Below, in pieces: positions 9,801-18,533 of a stretch of 64,000 bases of DNA. The position numbers and the translations under genes are program-made. Every line of letters begins with the position of its first letter. Position 1 is the first letter of the stretch. The stretch covers positions 124,001 through 188,000 of IMG/VR virus record IMGVR_UViG_3300042934_000980; one strand, 5' to 3'. The notes under the pieces were generated by a model, which did not search any database, was not told the origin of the DNA, and was given only the letters and a program-made list of their open reading frames with translations.

Positions 9801-11880
9801 GGTTACCCGGATGCTCAAACTGTTGGGTGAGGCAAGTACGGTTGCCAAGCTCAAAGACCCGGAAGGGGAAGCAGGTCGTACCAACGCAAGCTCGTGGGCC
9901 AATGCAGTCGCCCCGCACAAGGTCGGTGGAGGGTTCACCAAAGAAGCGGCCAACGTGCAGGACGTCAGCAAAGCCCGTACCCGAGGCGATGTGTTGGGTG
10001 GTGGTCAGTTTGGCACCAACGGTGGGGGAACAGGCAACACCTACACCGGCAACGGCGTGTACATGACCCCTGCCAACAAGTACGGCTTTACGCCCCTTAA
10101 AGGTGAGAGCGACACCAGTCACCTGGACATGAGCGGGGTGCAACAACAGCAAGGCAATGACAAAGGGGTGTCGGTTCCCAAGAAACTTGCCCAGCAGATC
10201 CTGATCCGGGAGATGTTGAAAGCAGGGTTCACCGACCCGCGCGCAATTGCCGAGATGCTGGCCCTAACCGACTACGAGTCCGGTGGCTACTCCAGGACCA
10301 CGGAGAATATGAAGTACTCCAGTCCTGCGCAGTTGGTCCGTATGTTCCGGGAAGTGCGTGACCTCAACCAAGCCCGCCAATTGGTGGAAGCGGGTGAAGT
10401 GGCCATTGCCAACACGGTGTACGGGGGTGGCAAGGGTGCCTCGATCGGTAACACGCAGCCTGGTGACGGGTGGCGGTATCGGGGCCGGGGCTTTGTGCAG
10501 TTAACCGGACGGGCTAACTACGCCAAGATCGGTCGGCAATTGGGGATTGATCTGGAGAACAACCCAGAGCTGGCCTCCAATGACCCGAACGTCATGGCGC
10601 AAGTGGCGGTGCAGTTCTTTAAGAACAGCAAGATGCTGCAAAGCATCACCCAGACCGGTAACTTCGGGGAAGCAGCCAAAGGCCTGAACGGTGGCAATGA
10701 ACTGCCCGGGATGCCGCAGCGCTACCAGTTGTACCTGCGGTATCTGGACCAGCTCCAGAAAGGCACACTGGGAGCAGACGGGGATACAGCGCCTGCAGAG
10801 GCGCCTAACGCGGCTAACCAGACTGCGGGGGGAATGTACGGCGGTCAAGCCGCAAACGACCCAGGCAGAAGCACAGGGCCTGCAACAGGCGGTGGTGCTC
10901 CGGCTGCGACCATGCCGACTCCGGCAGCGTCGGGTCCAATGCTGGGTGGGGGCGGTGCAATGCCGTCGTTGGTCAGCTCGCCTTCGGGCGGGCAAGTAGG
11001 GGGTGGGGAACCTCTGGTGGGGAACAATTCCACTGGGGCCGGTGGGCTTCGTTTGAAGTCGGCAGAAGCTGTTGCAGGAGGTCAGAGTCATCCGGGCGTT
11101 ACTGCTCTGGCGAAGATCATCCAGCAACGCGTGGCGGGGTTCCGTTACTTCACCGCATTGAACGATGCGTACCACCATTCCAAACCGGGCAACTCGAAAC
11201 ACAAAAGCGGTTTGGCCCTTGACTTTACGTTGACCAATGGTATTGCAGGAAGTGACGCGGCGGCTGCACAAGTGACCGAGATCCTGCGCACCGCAGGCTT
11301 GACACCCGCTGAGTTCAAAGTGATCAACGAGTATCGTACCCGTACGGCTAACGGTACCGGTGGTCATGTCCATGCGCACTTCATGTCTGCAGAAGCTGCA
11401 CAGAAATTCTACCAAGCTTCAGGTGGCAGTCAAACTAACACCGAAGACACCTCGACTGGGGAAGGTGCGGTCTCACCGCAAGACACCCCAAACCGGGCAC
11501 AACCTGCTGTTCCACCACTGAGTGGGGAGGATGATGCACCGGTAGGTCCAGGCACGGGGATTCCTGCTGCGGCTGCTTCGCCGCGTGGTATGGCGCAAGG
11601 TCCTGCAACCCCGCAGGCTCCAACGCCATTGCCAACCACACCTTCTGCTGCACAGCAAGCGCCTGAAGGGTACCGAGCACCTCCGGTTGCACAACCGGTT
11701 GCCGCCCAACCCCCTGCTGCACAGGACAACGCTGCGTTGGCGGATGCTCTGAACAAACTGGCCACGGCGATGCAAACCACAGGCGGTGCTCAAGCCGAAC
11801 TGATGAAACAGGCTGTGGAACAACTGATCCAGCTGAACAAGAAAGGCGCAGCTCCTGCACCTTCTGTGAAGTTGGGTTAG
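3835..11880 (+). CDS. Tape-measure-like tail protein with C-terminal GH19 muramidase and M15-like peptidase domains (phiKZ gp181 position)
   Basis: 2681 aa, AGGAG SD, divergent from beta'. Gly/Ala hydrophobic segments; YESGG..TTENMKY and DGWRYRGRGFVQLTGRANY (GH19); SKHKSGLALD...HVH (H-x6-D, HxH). Confidence 0.88.
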   Translation: MAANDDFDAGWGDDPFSGDMDFDMDFDSPSKKGFLRSFASGFLSGITSKTIGDTDARINTLKMVLPRTYTGAFSTLTMLNQRRREVLDEIKGGTFESVKDLQYLAGRAATKLRKTGPNRIADSFQNFSQNDFSDWEKKDYSGGDSGPSLQETTDEDVASALANNQGDATLQRDAMVGVGEAVTGMMAEVGGRTLGQLSAMNLTGARTNQLLEQIIDHQRRVQARNDAMKLNIMTRSFLTDAKFYKFMEASNHRMIQELKGISEWSKKSDYEKTTHSQAMRKSIRDSVFNTTKSKLGGIASFVNEKFGKGARTDFSDSLGEITGALRMASEMTEGAEINLGDMIGNAAAGLFINNLPKLGKTAAAQRYLAKFKAQFPKFSKWADDAYIRITDLGNVATYNLGNMEGTVNTLRRHYKGSFNNDEPDSYDEYLATLPAGQAPLSKVEWTVLHNVRKASNKAINGLMESMSTSQGSRFNLTRRTLDDGQEQQLWNRRSDRTLNEVLPQWLSQIHLSIEKFRTGNDDLRAMTYDYTKAKFIGHDQKAASTLNQVFDKRQFSSQAEMARRLAEDIDTDGALSEEAKRALAYRLARDTDADMGFSPYNYLKGENDGLPPAVAAEIRDLMKREFGLTDDHIKEFFDDANPAKMTKALTYLPTEKGREKAANIFSSAQSLGAFIPDIANRLDVLKSSGYYDALKGTGIIKDENGTDVVDSELFWKTLQDYIADPKRSTAPMPADAAPGPSRPFGGPPQPFPPFPPMPTPPPAPPSTVSVQFPDVMKVKGVDKIVSMMELMTKEIDKRGKRRNGPTPPPQPLDPKDYTNVLTEIRDDLAYLTYLEDIKKDTGHLLGIKESIDLLGRGFAQGARGPEVPPTDLKPVTDGLDAVKANLLTLIDLAGTRNETLDKILLRQPPEGKPTSESDEQIIDQEKRGLLDRLKQTNFRDMFNGSVDKILDNQPLVLGGLLGGLAGLAVYNPKGAALIAGGAAAATAYGKLRSMTAARRAKATEDLYEEGSDVPILESFKLQRGDYLDMATGVILTSWEGITGSVKDITNGTIIGGRKLAKKLFNAENKEVFLSGLNKLREGLIKAFRWLDPLNRLTGVKNKLVNRFYQMDVYKEGADSPTLVGKRFATGAYWKRTEAGELEQINGWNEINGPVYDAEGNVLITQEEYDMGLKTSMGASVNKLQAASATAGRFGLDFLRKIKDKVNPLAQDGLDKAKSAFKADYTPVISSVDRIYHLLLKHWGYKAEEESEVLPDPAPPSVDDKPADAPAPAEEAPAPGDVPVLPRKPNIGPKGKMQETIEAIGDKLTGKTPEGRLNSLQDRAAKAEEKKDNTVKDSIIHIAQSFGFGNKDEGEKKKKSGLFGMLLSGIGMMTKGIWGLSTFFTRTIFKGLGTLFNFAGMGLKVLPAIGTGIAALAKGMLTLLKTRSLTQAGGATIDSIRNRRRRPRPGDPEVGPPRPRPPRNNFATGAKIMGAGMAVGLASDALLATGAVDEGSVTDKVLGVVETAGTVAGGVQMAGAAASALGFNVAGWTAAATAAAGTVGTTLAGWGGAAMAAAAPLLFNPVTLGIAAVGLAGYGIYKFVTRGEGKQLELRMVQYGVADTDSDLAKKLLKAEEMLTPFVVIGNGRASLSKNAPIQEVMKMFVTDPQNQKELGDVFTWFNGRVKPVMLTYLACLDVVKIKSLKEYDESKSQDVYKVAKQVNEALNGMQPYPYSIVAKVDADIKLLGEKATKIRCMTLLEELKSYIDRKTDDDDLKGVETLAFRNTEGLQKEKAELQAKLNQPGSFGKGSEARDKREAARVRLGQVDEELRRLNTTYKAGEVVQQVYVSDLLPENKAMDLLTAIRVACYGNEEDLAWRVEAVLKLERYCEQFFRVTGDNVEFTGQIGDLFNLFKDSFRLDKGDADDWCLWFRDRFLPVMSNYVKGCNNYRRGRPGVVWKTLTATARYEIAKQLIETRTNIPGSKMDYPVWNVRVAPFKDAVSPAKPDKVTRMLKLLGEASTVAKLKDPEGEAGRTNASSWANAVAPHKVGGGFTKEAANVQDVSKARTRGDVLGGGQFGTNGGGTGNTYTGNGVYMTPANKYGFTPLKGESDTSHLDMSGVQQQQGNDKGVSVPKKLAQQILIREMLKAGFTDPRAIAEMLALTDYESGGYSRTTENMKYSSPAQLVRMFREVRDLNQARQLVEAGEVAIANTVYGGGKGASIGNTQPGDGWRYRGRGFVQLTGRANYAKIGRQLGIDLENNPELASNDPNVMAQVAVQFFKNSKMLQSITQTGNFGEAAKGLNGGNELPGMPQRYQLYLRYLDQLQKGTLGADGDTAPAEAPNAANQTAGGMYGGQAANDPGRSTGPATGGGAPAATMPTPAASGPMLGGGGAMPSLVSSPSGGQVGGGEPLVGNNSTGAGGLRLKSAEAVAGGQSHPGVTALAKIIQQRVAGFRYFTALNDAYHHSKPGNSKHKSGLALDFTLTNGIAGSDAAAAQVTEILRTAGLTPAEFKVINEYRTRTANGTGGHVHAHFMSAEAAQKFYQASGGSQTNTEDTSTGEGAVSPQDTPNRAQPAVPPLSGEDDAPVGPGTGIPAAAASPRGMAQGPATPQAPTPLPTTPSAAQQAPEGYRAPPVAQPVAAQPPAAQDNAALADALNKLATAMQTTGGAQAELMKQAVEQLIQLNKKGAAPAPSVKLG

Positions 11881-11888
11881 CCTTGGTG

Positions 11889-11912
11889 AGGGGAGGGTTT
11901 TCCTCCCCTTTT
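11889..11912 (+). terminator. Intrinsic terminator
   Basis: AGGGGAGG-GTTTT-CCTCCCCT followed by TTT, just after the stop at 11880. Confidence 0.7.
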
Positions 11913-11938
11913 CCTTTAACCGTAATAGAGTGCTCACT

Positions 11939-14113
11939 ATGGCGCAGGTTACTACACGAGATCGTGACATCATCACGAAGTCGTTTCGGATGTTGACACG
12001 TGGTATTGCTCCTAGCGAGCTATTAGAAAAACTGGACTGGGACCGTTACTTTAACGTGTTCAGTTCTGCAACTGGCGACAACCGTTACATCAACCCTGTT
12101 ACCCAATTCAGTCCTGCCACCGATCCTCGCTATGGCCGCTTTATGGTCACCCAGGAAGGTGGGATGGGCAGTCTCTACAAAGAGATGTTTGAAGACAACG
12201 TGACCCTGCTGACCTTAACCGCAGGCGTCCCTCAATTTGCCGGGCTGCTCAGTTTCATCACGAACATGTTCAGCCCCACCGCAGCGATCATTGCTAACAA
12301 AGGTCGCGCACCCGGCCCTGCGTTCTACATGGGCCAAGCCGCTGGCTCCATTGCGTTTGTGGGCATGCAAGCTATCAGCATCGGGACCCAGTTCTTGGCG
12401 TTTCTGATGGATTCCCCGCGCAACTGTTTCTGGACCGTTAAACCCGCAATGGGCGCTTACACCATGGCGGCTACCGGGGTCCTCAACGACCTGATGGTCA
12501 AGTTGGGTTACATTGATCCGATCTTGCCAAAGCGGGCGCAAGAACAGAACGACCCGCTGTATGGACTTAAGCCTGACTACGACAACACCCGTTCCGTGGC
12601 GCAGATGAGTGTGCTGATGCCGGATGTGGTTAACTCTGACGGCACCATTGACCTGATGCGTCTGGTCATGAAAGGCACCCGCAAACACCGCGTGATGCTC
12701 AAGAAGCTGGCCGAGCTTGACAACGACACTTTGATCACCACCCCCGATGAGAAGTTTGACCGAATCAAACAGATGGTCGAGGAAGTGACCTTTGGCACGG
12801 AAGTGATGTCAGGGTCCTCCAGCCAAGAGTACATCGAGCAGGAAATGGGTACCGTCGGTCGAGTACGCGGTGACACCGAGGGTAACTACACCGAACAGGA
12901 CAGTGCGTTCTATAACGAAAGCGCCTACAACAACATCAGCAACACCGACCAAGCGGTCACCAGTGTTGGGGTGAGCGGTGCAGCTGCAGGCGATTCAGGC
13001 GCTGCCATGCAGACGATGGGGACAGCCGGCTCCTATGGGACCAACACTACCCCAGTCAACCCCAACGAGCGTACAGGCAGACCTACCGCCGCCACCCCCG
13101 ATGCGTCAGCGAAGGTGACTGTGGCCGATGGTCAACAGGCTTACTACGAGGACAACCCCAACGACCGGACCTGGGCAGGCGACATCATGGACTTGGTGCA
13201 AACCGCGTTCTACGGTGGTCTGGACGCTATCACCTTCCGGGTAGAAGGCAACCAAGGGGCGGTGACCGACAGCTTCTCCAACAACCACGGCCCCTCGCCG
13301 ATGGCGGAGAAGTTCAACTCCATCGTCTCTTCGGTGAACGACTTTAAGTTTGACATCGCAGGCGGTGCTACCGGGATCGGTATCATTGATGGGGTGGTCA
13401 ACATGGTCAAGGAAGCGGCCATCGGTGCGTTGTCAGGCTCTGTGATTGGTAACATCCCGCTGGCGATGGCCAACAACAGCTACGTGAAGATCCCTGAGCA
13501 CTGGACCGGGTCGACCAGTAACTTGCACACTGAAAGTTACGAGATGAACTTTCATTGCAACTACGCTCACCCCTATGAGCAGGTGATGAAGATCTGGGTG
13601 CCGTTTGCCCTGATCCTTCCCTTGGTGGCCCCGATGACGTCGGGCGGTAGCTCCTCCACGTCCCCGTTTATGGTCAAAGCGTTCTGCAAGAGCCGTCAGA
13701 TCATTCGCACCGGGATGGTAACCGCTGCCCGCTTTACCTTTGGTGAAGGGGAAGCCGGTTGGACCCGGGACCGTCGTCCACTGAACCTCAAGATCGTGTT
13801 GGACATCACCGACTTGGACCCTTTGGTGTCGATCCCCATTGACCGTTCGATGAGCCTGTTGGACCTGACCAACCCGGCAGCGGTTGCCCAGCGCCTGTTT
13901 ACCGACGACACGGCGTACAACAACTACTTCGCACGTTTGACCGGGATGGATTACTTGGATACGGTACTGCGGTATTCCAAGATCAACCGGCAGTTGACCA
14001 ACATCGTTGTTGACATGAAGACCAGTATGCGGGCGGATAACTTCGCCTCCAAGATCTCGGACTCGATTGTTGGTGATCTGGGGCGTATCTTCACTAAACC
14101 CATTGCACGGTAA
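11939..14113 (+). CDS. Virion structural (tail/baseplate) protein, phiKZ gp182-like
   Basis: Long ORF directly after the tape-measure gene; INPVTQFSPATDPRY and GMGSLYKEMFEDN resemble this family as I recall it; synteny. Confidence 0.7.
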   Translation: MAQVTTRDRDIITKSFRMLTRGIAPSELLEKLDWDRYFNVFSSATGDNRYINPVTQFSPATDPRYGRFMVTQEGGMGSLYKEMFEDNVTLLTLTAGVPQFAGLLSFITNMFSPTAAIIANKGRAPGPAFYMGQAAGSIAFVGMQAISIGTQFLAFLMDSPRNCFWTVKPAMGAYTMAATGVLNDLMVKLGYIDPILPKRAQEQNDPLYGLKPDYDNTRSVAQMSVLMPDVVNSDGTIDLMRLVMKGTRKHRVMLKKLAELDNDTLITTPDEKFDRIKQMVEEVTFGTEVMSGSSSQEYIEQEMGTVGRVRGDTEGNYTEQDSAFYNESAYNNISNTDQAVTSVGVSGAAAGDSGAAMQTMGTAGSYGTNTTPVNPNERTGRPTAATPDASAKVTVADGQQAYYEDNPNDRTWAGDIMDLVQTAFYGGLDAITFRVEGNQGAVTDSFSNNHGPSPMAEKFNSIVSSVNDFKFDIAGGATGIGIIDGVVNMVKEAAIGALSGSVIGNIPLAMANNSYVKIPEHWTGSTSNLHTESYEMNFHCNYAHPYEQVMKIWVPFALILPLVAPMTSGGSSSTSPFMVKAFCKSRQIIRTGMVTAARFTFGEGEAGWTRDRRPLNLKIVLDITDLDPLVSIPIDRSMSLLDLTNPAAVAQRLFTDDTAYNNYFARLTGMDYLDTVLRYSKINRQLTNIVVDMKTSMRADNFASKISDSIVGDLGRIFTKPIAR

Positions 14114-14131
14114 AAAACAAAGAAGCGGCCA

Positions 14132-14169
14132 TAACCCCTACCCACCCCGCAAGGAGTGGGTAGGGGTTA
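14132..14169. terminator. Hairpin between convergent genes
   Basis: TAACCCCTACCCAC..GCAA..GTGGGTAGGGGTTA. Confidence 0.75.
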
Positions 14170-14174
14170 GAGGG

Positions 14175-15290
14175 TTATAAGGTTTTAGTGTACACCGGAG
14201 CGTCTTTGAAATTAGCTTTCATGGTGGTCACGGCGCTCTGCTCACGAAACATCCCAGCGGTGGCCAATAAAGGCTGCAGGTAATCCACCTTGCTCAGCAG
14301 GGTGATCATGTCTTTGCTGGCAGAGTTCACAATGGCCAAGTTCAAGGCAATGCCAAACTGGGTGCTGCGTTGCCACCAGTTAGGTCCACAAACCCGGGTC
14401 ACCACCGACAATAACTTATCCCGCAACTGGTCGTAGTCTTCTGGGTAAACCTCCTTGTCAAACCGGAAGGAGCGGAACAAGGTTTCCAAGAAGTCAGGGT
14501 ACCCTGCGTTGATGGCATTGATCCCGTTTTGATCGAGTAGCGCCAGCACCGCGTCAATACTCACCACGTCACCTTGCGTGATCATGATGCGCACCGAGTC
14601 CACCATGATGTCATCGGCGGACTTCTTGACTTTGTACAGGTCATAGATCGACTTGTAGTTGTCGCTCATGCCCAGTGAGGCGGCTTGCTTCATCACTGAG
14701 TTGTACATGGCCGTTTGCACGGAGGAGTCGATGAACTCATTGATCCCGGTAAACTGCTGGACCTGGCGCAAGGTTTCTTTGCCCACCAGCGTACGCCAGT
14801 TGGTGTTGACCCGAAACGTTTTACCGTCACTGTCCACCAACCCCGGAAGACTCACCCCAGTCAACGCTTTGAACTCGTTGTTGATGGAGGTGGCGATCTT
14901 ACGCATGCCGGAGCTTTGGCTGTTAATGGGGTACCCCATTTGTCCGCTGACCGCACTGAGCAAGTCATCTTGGTCAAACGTTACCCCGTTCTCACCCACC
15001 CGAATGGCCTTGGTAATGGCCTTGGTATTAAGCAGCCCGCCTGAGAGCATACCAATGATTCCGTCCAGCTCACTGACCGCAGCGCTCTTGTATGCGGTGA
15101 TGGTGCCCTTAACCGAAGTGTCAGTGGGCTTAAGCAGCGCCGCACCTTGCTTAAGGTTATCCCCCGTCACGTCCGCTGGGTTCAACACCCCGTCTTTGAC
15201 CTTGGTCATCGAGCTTTGGGTGCTGCTCTTGAAATTGCTGAGGCTGTTGTTTAAATCAAAGCCGCCAAAGATACTGTCTGCCATGGTCAT
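14175..15290 (-). CDS. Hypothetical protein, probably virion structural
   Basis: 371-aa ORF with AGGA SD and typical codon usage; in the structural neighbourhood. Confidence 0.65.
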   Translation of the reverse strand: MTMADSIFGGFDLNNSLSNFKSSTQSSMTKVKDGVLNPADVTGDNLKQGAALLKPTDTSVKGTITAYKSAAVSELDGIIGMLSGGLLNTKAITKAIRVGENGVTFDQDDLLSAVSGQMGYPINSQSSGMRKIATSINNEFKALTGVSLPGLVDSDGKTFRVNTNWRTLVGKETLRQVQQFTGINEFIDSSVQTAMYNSVMKQAASLGMSDNYKSIYDLYKVKKSADDIMVDSVRIMITQGDVVSIDAVLALLDQNGINAINAGYPDFLETLFRSFRFDKEVYPEDYDQLRDKLLSVVTRVCGPNWWQRSTQFGIALNLAIVNSASKDMITLLSKVDYLQPLLATAGMFREQSAVTTMKANFKDAPVYTKTL

Positions 15291-15315
15291 TTCCTACGAA
15301 AAATAAAAGAAGTGC

Positions 15316-15339
15316 AGGTAGGGGCCATGGCCCCTACCT
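15316..15339 (-). terminator. Terminator (perfect 24-bp palindrome)
   Basis: AGGTAGGGGCCATGGCCCCTACCT, followed by a T-rich tract on the minus strand. Confidence 0.7.
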
Positions 15340-15347
15340 TAACACCG

Positions 15348-15776
15348 TTATTCAGGATCTTTAGGCTTGTGACTGACCCTGGGGTTACCCATAATCCGGA
15401 TCGTCTCTTCGACCTCGTAGATGTTCCCGTCTTCATCTTCGATGATCAGCTTGATCTTGCAGGTTTTCATCCGTAAAATTGACAACCCTTCCAGCAATTT
15501 GTTAAATGTAAGAGTGGGCTTCTGGAAGTAGGTGTCTTTGATGTTGCCTTGTTTGGTGATGCGCTCTGCTTTGGCCTTGTCACGGTCCACCGTGGTCACG
15601 ACCCAGTCTAAGTAATCCCGCAAATAGTTGCCCCATTTGCGAGGGTTCATGTCCAGCTTCTTCAAAAGCTTACGGTACAAGATAGCTGGCGTGTCGCGAA
15701 GCTCGTGATCTTCCACGTACTTCTGGGAGATGCTGCTCAGCTGACTTGCTTTAAGCTCCCTTTTGTCCTTTCTCAT
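15348..15776 (-). CDS. Conserved jumbo-phage hypothetical protein
   Basis: 142 aa; LYRKLL..W..YL...GNI...LTFNKLLEGLSIL pattern resembles a phiKZ-like core family. Confidence 0.7.
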   Translation of the reverse strand: MRKDKRELKASQLSSISQKYVEDHELRDTPAILYRKLLKKLDMNPRKWGNYLRDYLDWVVTTVDRDKAKAERITKQGNIKDTYFQKPTLTFNKLLEGLSILRMKTCKIKLIIEDEDGNIYEVEETIRIMGNPRVSHKPKDPE

Positions 15777-16371
15777 GTGTTCCCCTTACTTCTAAATTCA
15801 ACACCATCCGTAAGGACTGAATGAGGTCTAGCACCAAGAACGTGAAATACCGGCTCTTGAAAAACTCTAAGGTGCTATAACTCGCCGTTGATTCCCTGCC
15901 CCCGTAGACGTTGCTGTCGTCGGTTGGGGTGTTGACGCTGGTGTACTCTTCCAGCAGTAGGATAGTACTGCTGATAAAACCTACCATGCTGGCATGGTTG
16001 CTGTACCAGTCAAGCAGCGGTAGTGGGCGGGGGTTTACCGTGTCTTTGAAGTAGTCCTCAAAGTTAGGCGGTGCCCCGTCCAGTTCGATCCGCTCCAAGA
16101 GCCTGTAAGCCGCTCCAGACGTCTTGGTGAACGTGATGATACGAAGACTCTTGTAGAGCTTTAAGTCTTCCTCTAGGTGCCAATCAAAGCCCTTCAAGGA
16201 TCGCCCCAACTCGGCGATATTATCAACATACCGCACCACGGGGGAAGTGAAACCCTTTTCCACCTTATCGAGCTTAGCAAGCATTTCTTTGGCTACTATA
16301 ACCCTAACCTTCGGACCGATTATCGGTAACCGAGACAGCAGGTAACGTAGCCATCTAACGGTATCCGTCAT
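15751..16371 (-). CDS. Hypothetical protein
   Basis: 206 aa, GGAG SD, overlaps the next gene's start. Confidence 0.7.
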   Translation of the reverse strand: MTDTVRWLRYLLSRLPIIGPKVRVIVAKEMLAKLDKVEKGFTSPVVRYVDNIAELGRSLKGFDWHLEEDLKLYKSLRIITFTKTSGAAYRLLERIELDGAPPNFEDYFKDTVNPRPLPLLDWYSNHASMVGFISSTILLLEEYTSVNTPTDDSNVYGGRESTASYSTLEFFKSRYFTFLVLDLIQSLRMVLNLEVRGTHEKGQKGA

Positions 16372-16383
16372 TTCATCTCCAAC

Positions 16384-17175
16384 CTACAGCGTGTCCCTGA
16401 TACGTTTTGGAATGAACGTGGGGAGCGTTTTAATTTCATTCTGGGTAGCTACCGCCCAAGAACAGTTCTTATGCTTAGGTCTTTCACCGTTACAGCACTT
16501 GGTAATAGACGACGACTGAAATCCAAACAGTACGTGATCTTTACGTCCAGAAAGCACAAATTGATACCCTGCATAAGGACCGGAGATTACACTTCCCTTT
16601 ACAGGTTTCACCCGATGGTGCTTTGATCCCACGGTAAATTTGGTGATCCCTATCCTTATCGCATGATCAATATTCTCTTTGGCTGTACACCACTCAAGGT
16701 TAACCAAATCGTTGCATGTCTTCACACCGTTAATATGATTAGTCTCCAGATCCCTTGGGTGTTTACCACCTAAATGTTCTGGAAGAGGGACAAATGCACA
16801 GGCCATTGCTCTATGCAATTGCAGGGTTTCGTTTTGCTTTAGTCCGCAATTGATGTAAATGGCTTGATAGTCTTGGTTGACGCTAGGTTGGATAAACTTA
16901 GGGTTGTTGTCCCGGAAGGATACCACCCTTCCTTTACTGCTAATAAAAATCTTGTACGGCTTTATGACCTTTAAGCCACCAGACTTTTTCACAAAAGGTT
17001 TGTACTTGTAGTAGACAAGAGGAACCCATAACTCAAATTCAGGTTCCCCTTCTAATTTTGTGTCTAGCGCTTTGCGAACAATAGAAAGGTTAAACGGGTA
17101 CTGGGTGTTTTTGTAGACCGCCAATTCTTCAATGGTTAGGAGGTCTTTTATGCTATGAAGAATTCTTTTAGGCAT
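16384..17175 (-). mobile_element. Free-standing HNH homing endonuclease (NUMOD4/HNH/NUMOD1-type architecture)
   Basis: ISSKGRV, LHRAMACAFVP, NHINGVKTCNDLVNLEWCTAKENIDHA, C-terminal SSITKCCNG..KHK; visibly more AT-rich than its neighbours. Confidence 0.9.
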
Positions 17176-17210
17176 GACAATACCTTATCTCATGTCTTAT
17201 CCACAATCAG

Positions 17211-17227
17211 GTAATATAGGTTTAAAA
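17211..17227 (-). promoter_or_regulatory. Phage early (vRNAP) promoter
   Basis: TTTTAAACCTATATTAC on the minus strand, 35 nt before the HNH start; TATATTAC is the phiKZ early promoter core. Confidence 0.75.
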
Positions 17228-17231
17228 AATT

Positions 17232-17729
17232 ATGGACGACTTCGATAATGAAGATAAAGTGGGTCCGGTTGACGATCCCATGATTGTAGAGCTCTTGGAA
17301 AAGATGAAAGTCGCCATTCCGGTGTCCGACGAAGACCAAGACCAAAAGTCGCTGGTTACCATCATCCAAGAAAACCGTGCACTGCTGCTTAAATACGCCA
17401 TGGGCAAGTACTTGGAAAACCCCAAGTCCGCCTCCCTGCTGGAAGGCGTTACCAGCCTGATCGCCCACATGGAAAAGACCGTGCGTGATGACCGCAAGGA
17501 ACGGGCTAAGAAAGCAGACTCGCAAAACAACGTGCTGGCGTTCAACCAGATGCTCGACGCCATGGCCAAGATCAACGAAGGCAAAGTCCTCATGCCGCAC
17601 TTTGACATGTCCGACTTTATCTTGGACCCGGGCAAGACCCTGTTGATCAGCGCTGACATTGCCCCTATCAAACCAGAAGAACTGGTGATGGGCAATCATG
17701 TGGTCGATCTAGACGGCAATCCGGTGTAG
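17232..17729 (+). CDS. Hypothetical protein (helical)
   Basis: 165-aa ORF with typical codon usage, followed by a hairpin. Confidence 0.75.
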   Translation: MDDFDNEDKVGPVDDPMIVELLEKMKVAIPVSDEDQDQKSLVTIIQENRALLLKYAMGKYLENPKSASLLEGVTSLIAHMEKTVRDDRKERAKKADSQNNVLAFNQMLDAMAKINEGKVLMPHFDMSDFILDPGKTLLISADIAPIKPEELVMGNHVVDLDGNPV

Positions 17730-17754
17730 CGAAAATAAAGGTTAGCGTAAATAA

Positions 17755-17788
17755 TCCAACTGGCCGGGGACTACCCTGGCCAGTTGGA
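17755..17788. terminator. Hairpin between convergent genes
   Basis: TCCAACTGGCCGGGG-ACTA-CCCTGGCCAGTTGGA. Confidence 0.7.
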
Positions 17789-17795
17789 GGTAACC

Positions 17796-18533
17796 CTATT
17801 TCGTTTCTTCAAAGTCGTAGAACGCGTGGGCAATGGGGATAAACTTCACCGCCGTTGCAATCGTCAAAGACCAAGCGTAGATCCGATCCAGGATACTGCC
17901 TTGCAGGCTGTCCACCTCGCGCACCAAGATGTCCGGCACCACAAAGGTGGTGTTAGGATTGGGTTGCTCTTGGATGTGCTCCATGAACGTCCGGCACTCT
18001 TCGGCAAGGATGTTGTACTTGAACACGTAATCGAACTGTCGGTAAAACGACGGTTCGGCTTGGCTTACGTCTTCGTTCAACACCCGCACATCCACCCGGC
18101 CACCGTACAGGGTAAAGCAGTGATCAATGAACGCTTGGGTCAGCTCCTCATCAAACGCATAAGGTGCCAAGTTGACGTACAAGATAAACCCGCTGATGTT
18201 GATCGGCGTGTCGGTCATCTGCTCCAACTCCATCACCCGGCGCAACAGCTGACGCGACAGGTTGGTGGGGTAGTACATCAGAAAGTTGGTCAGTGACCGT
18301 TCCTTGTACGCCTTCTTGAACACCTCAGCATTGATCTTCAGGTGCGGGAACTCAAAGGTGTCCATCCGCCGGTTCTTGTAGTTCTGGTCCATGTGCTGGT
18401 TCCAGAGCCGATCGCCTTCGCGTTTGCGCAGCGTGTCGTCAGTGATCCCCTCAGTCATGATCCATTGCAGCAAGCCACGGCGGTAGTCGTAGAAGCTGTC
18501 GAGGTCGGCGTAAACCTTAATGACTCGGTTCAT
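17796..18533 (-). CDS. Conserved hypothetical protein
   Basis: 245 aa, coupled to the upstream gene by an ATGA overlap; VYADLDSFYDYRRG N-terminus. Confidence 0.75.
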   Translation of the reverse strand: MNRVIKVYADLDSFYDYRRGLLQWIMTEGITDDTLRKREGDRLWNQHMDQNYKNRRMDTFEFPHLKINAEVFKKAYKERSLTNFLMYYPTNLSRQLLRRVMELEQMTDTPINISGFILYVNLAPYAFDEELTQAFIDHCFTLYGGRVDVRVLNEDVSQAEPSFYRQFDYVFKYNILAEECRTFMEHIQEQPNPNTTFVVPDILVREVDSLQGSILDRIYAWSLTIATAVKFIPIAHAFYDFEETK

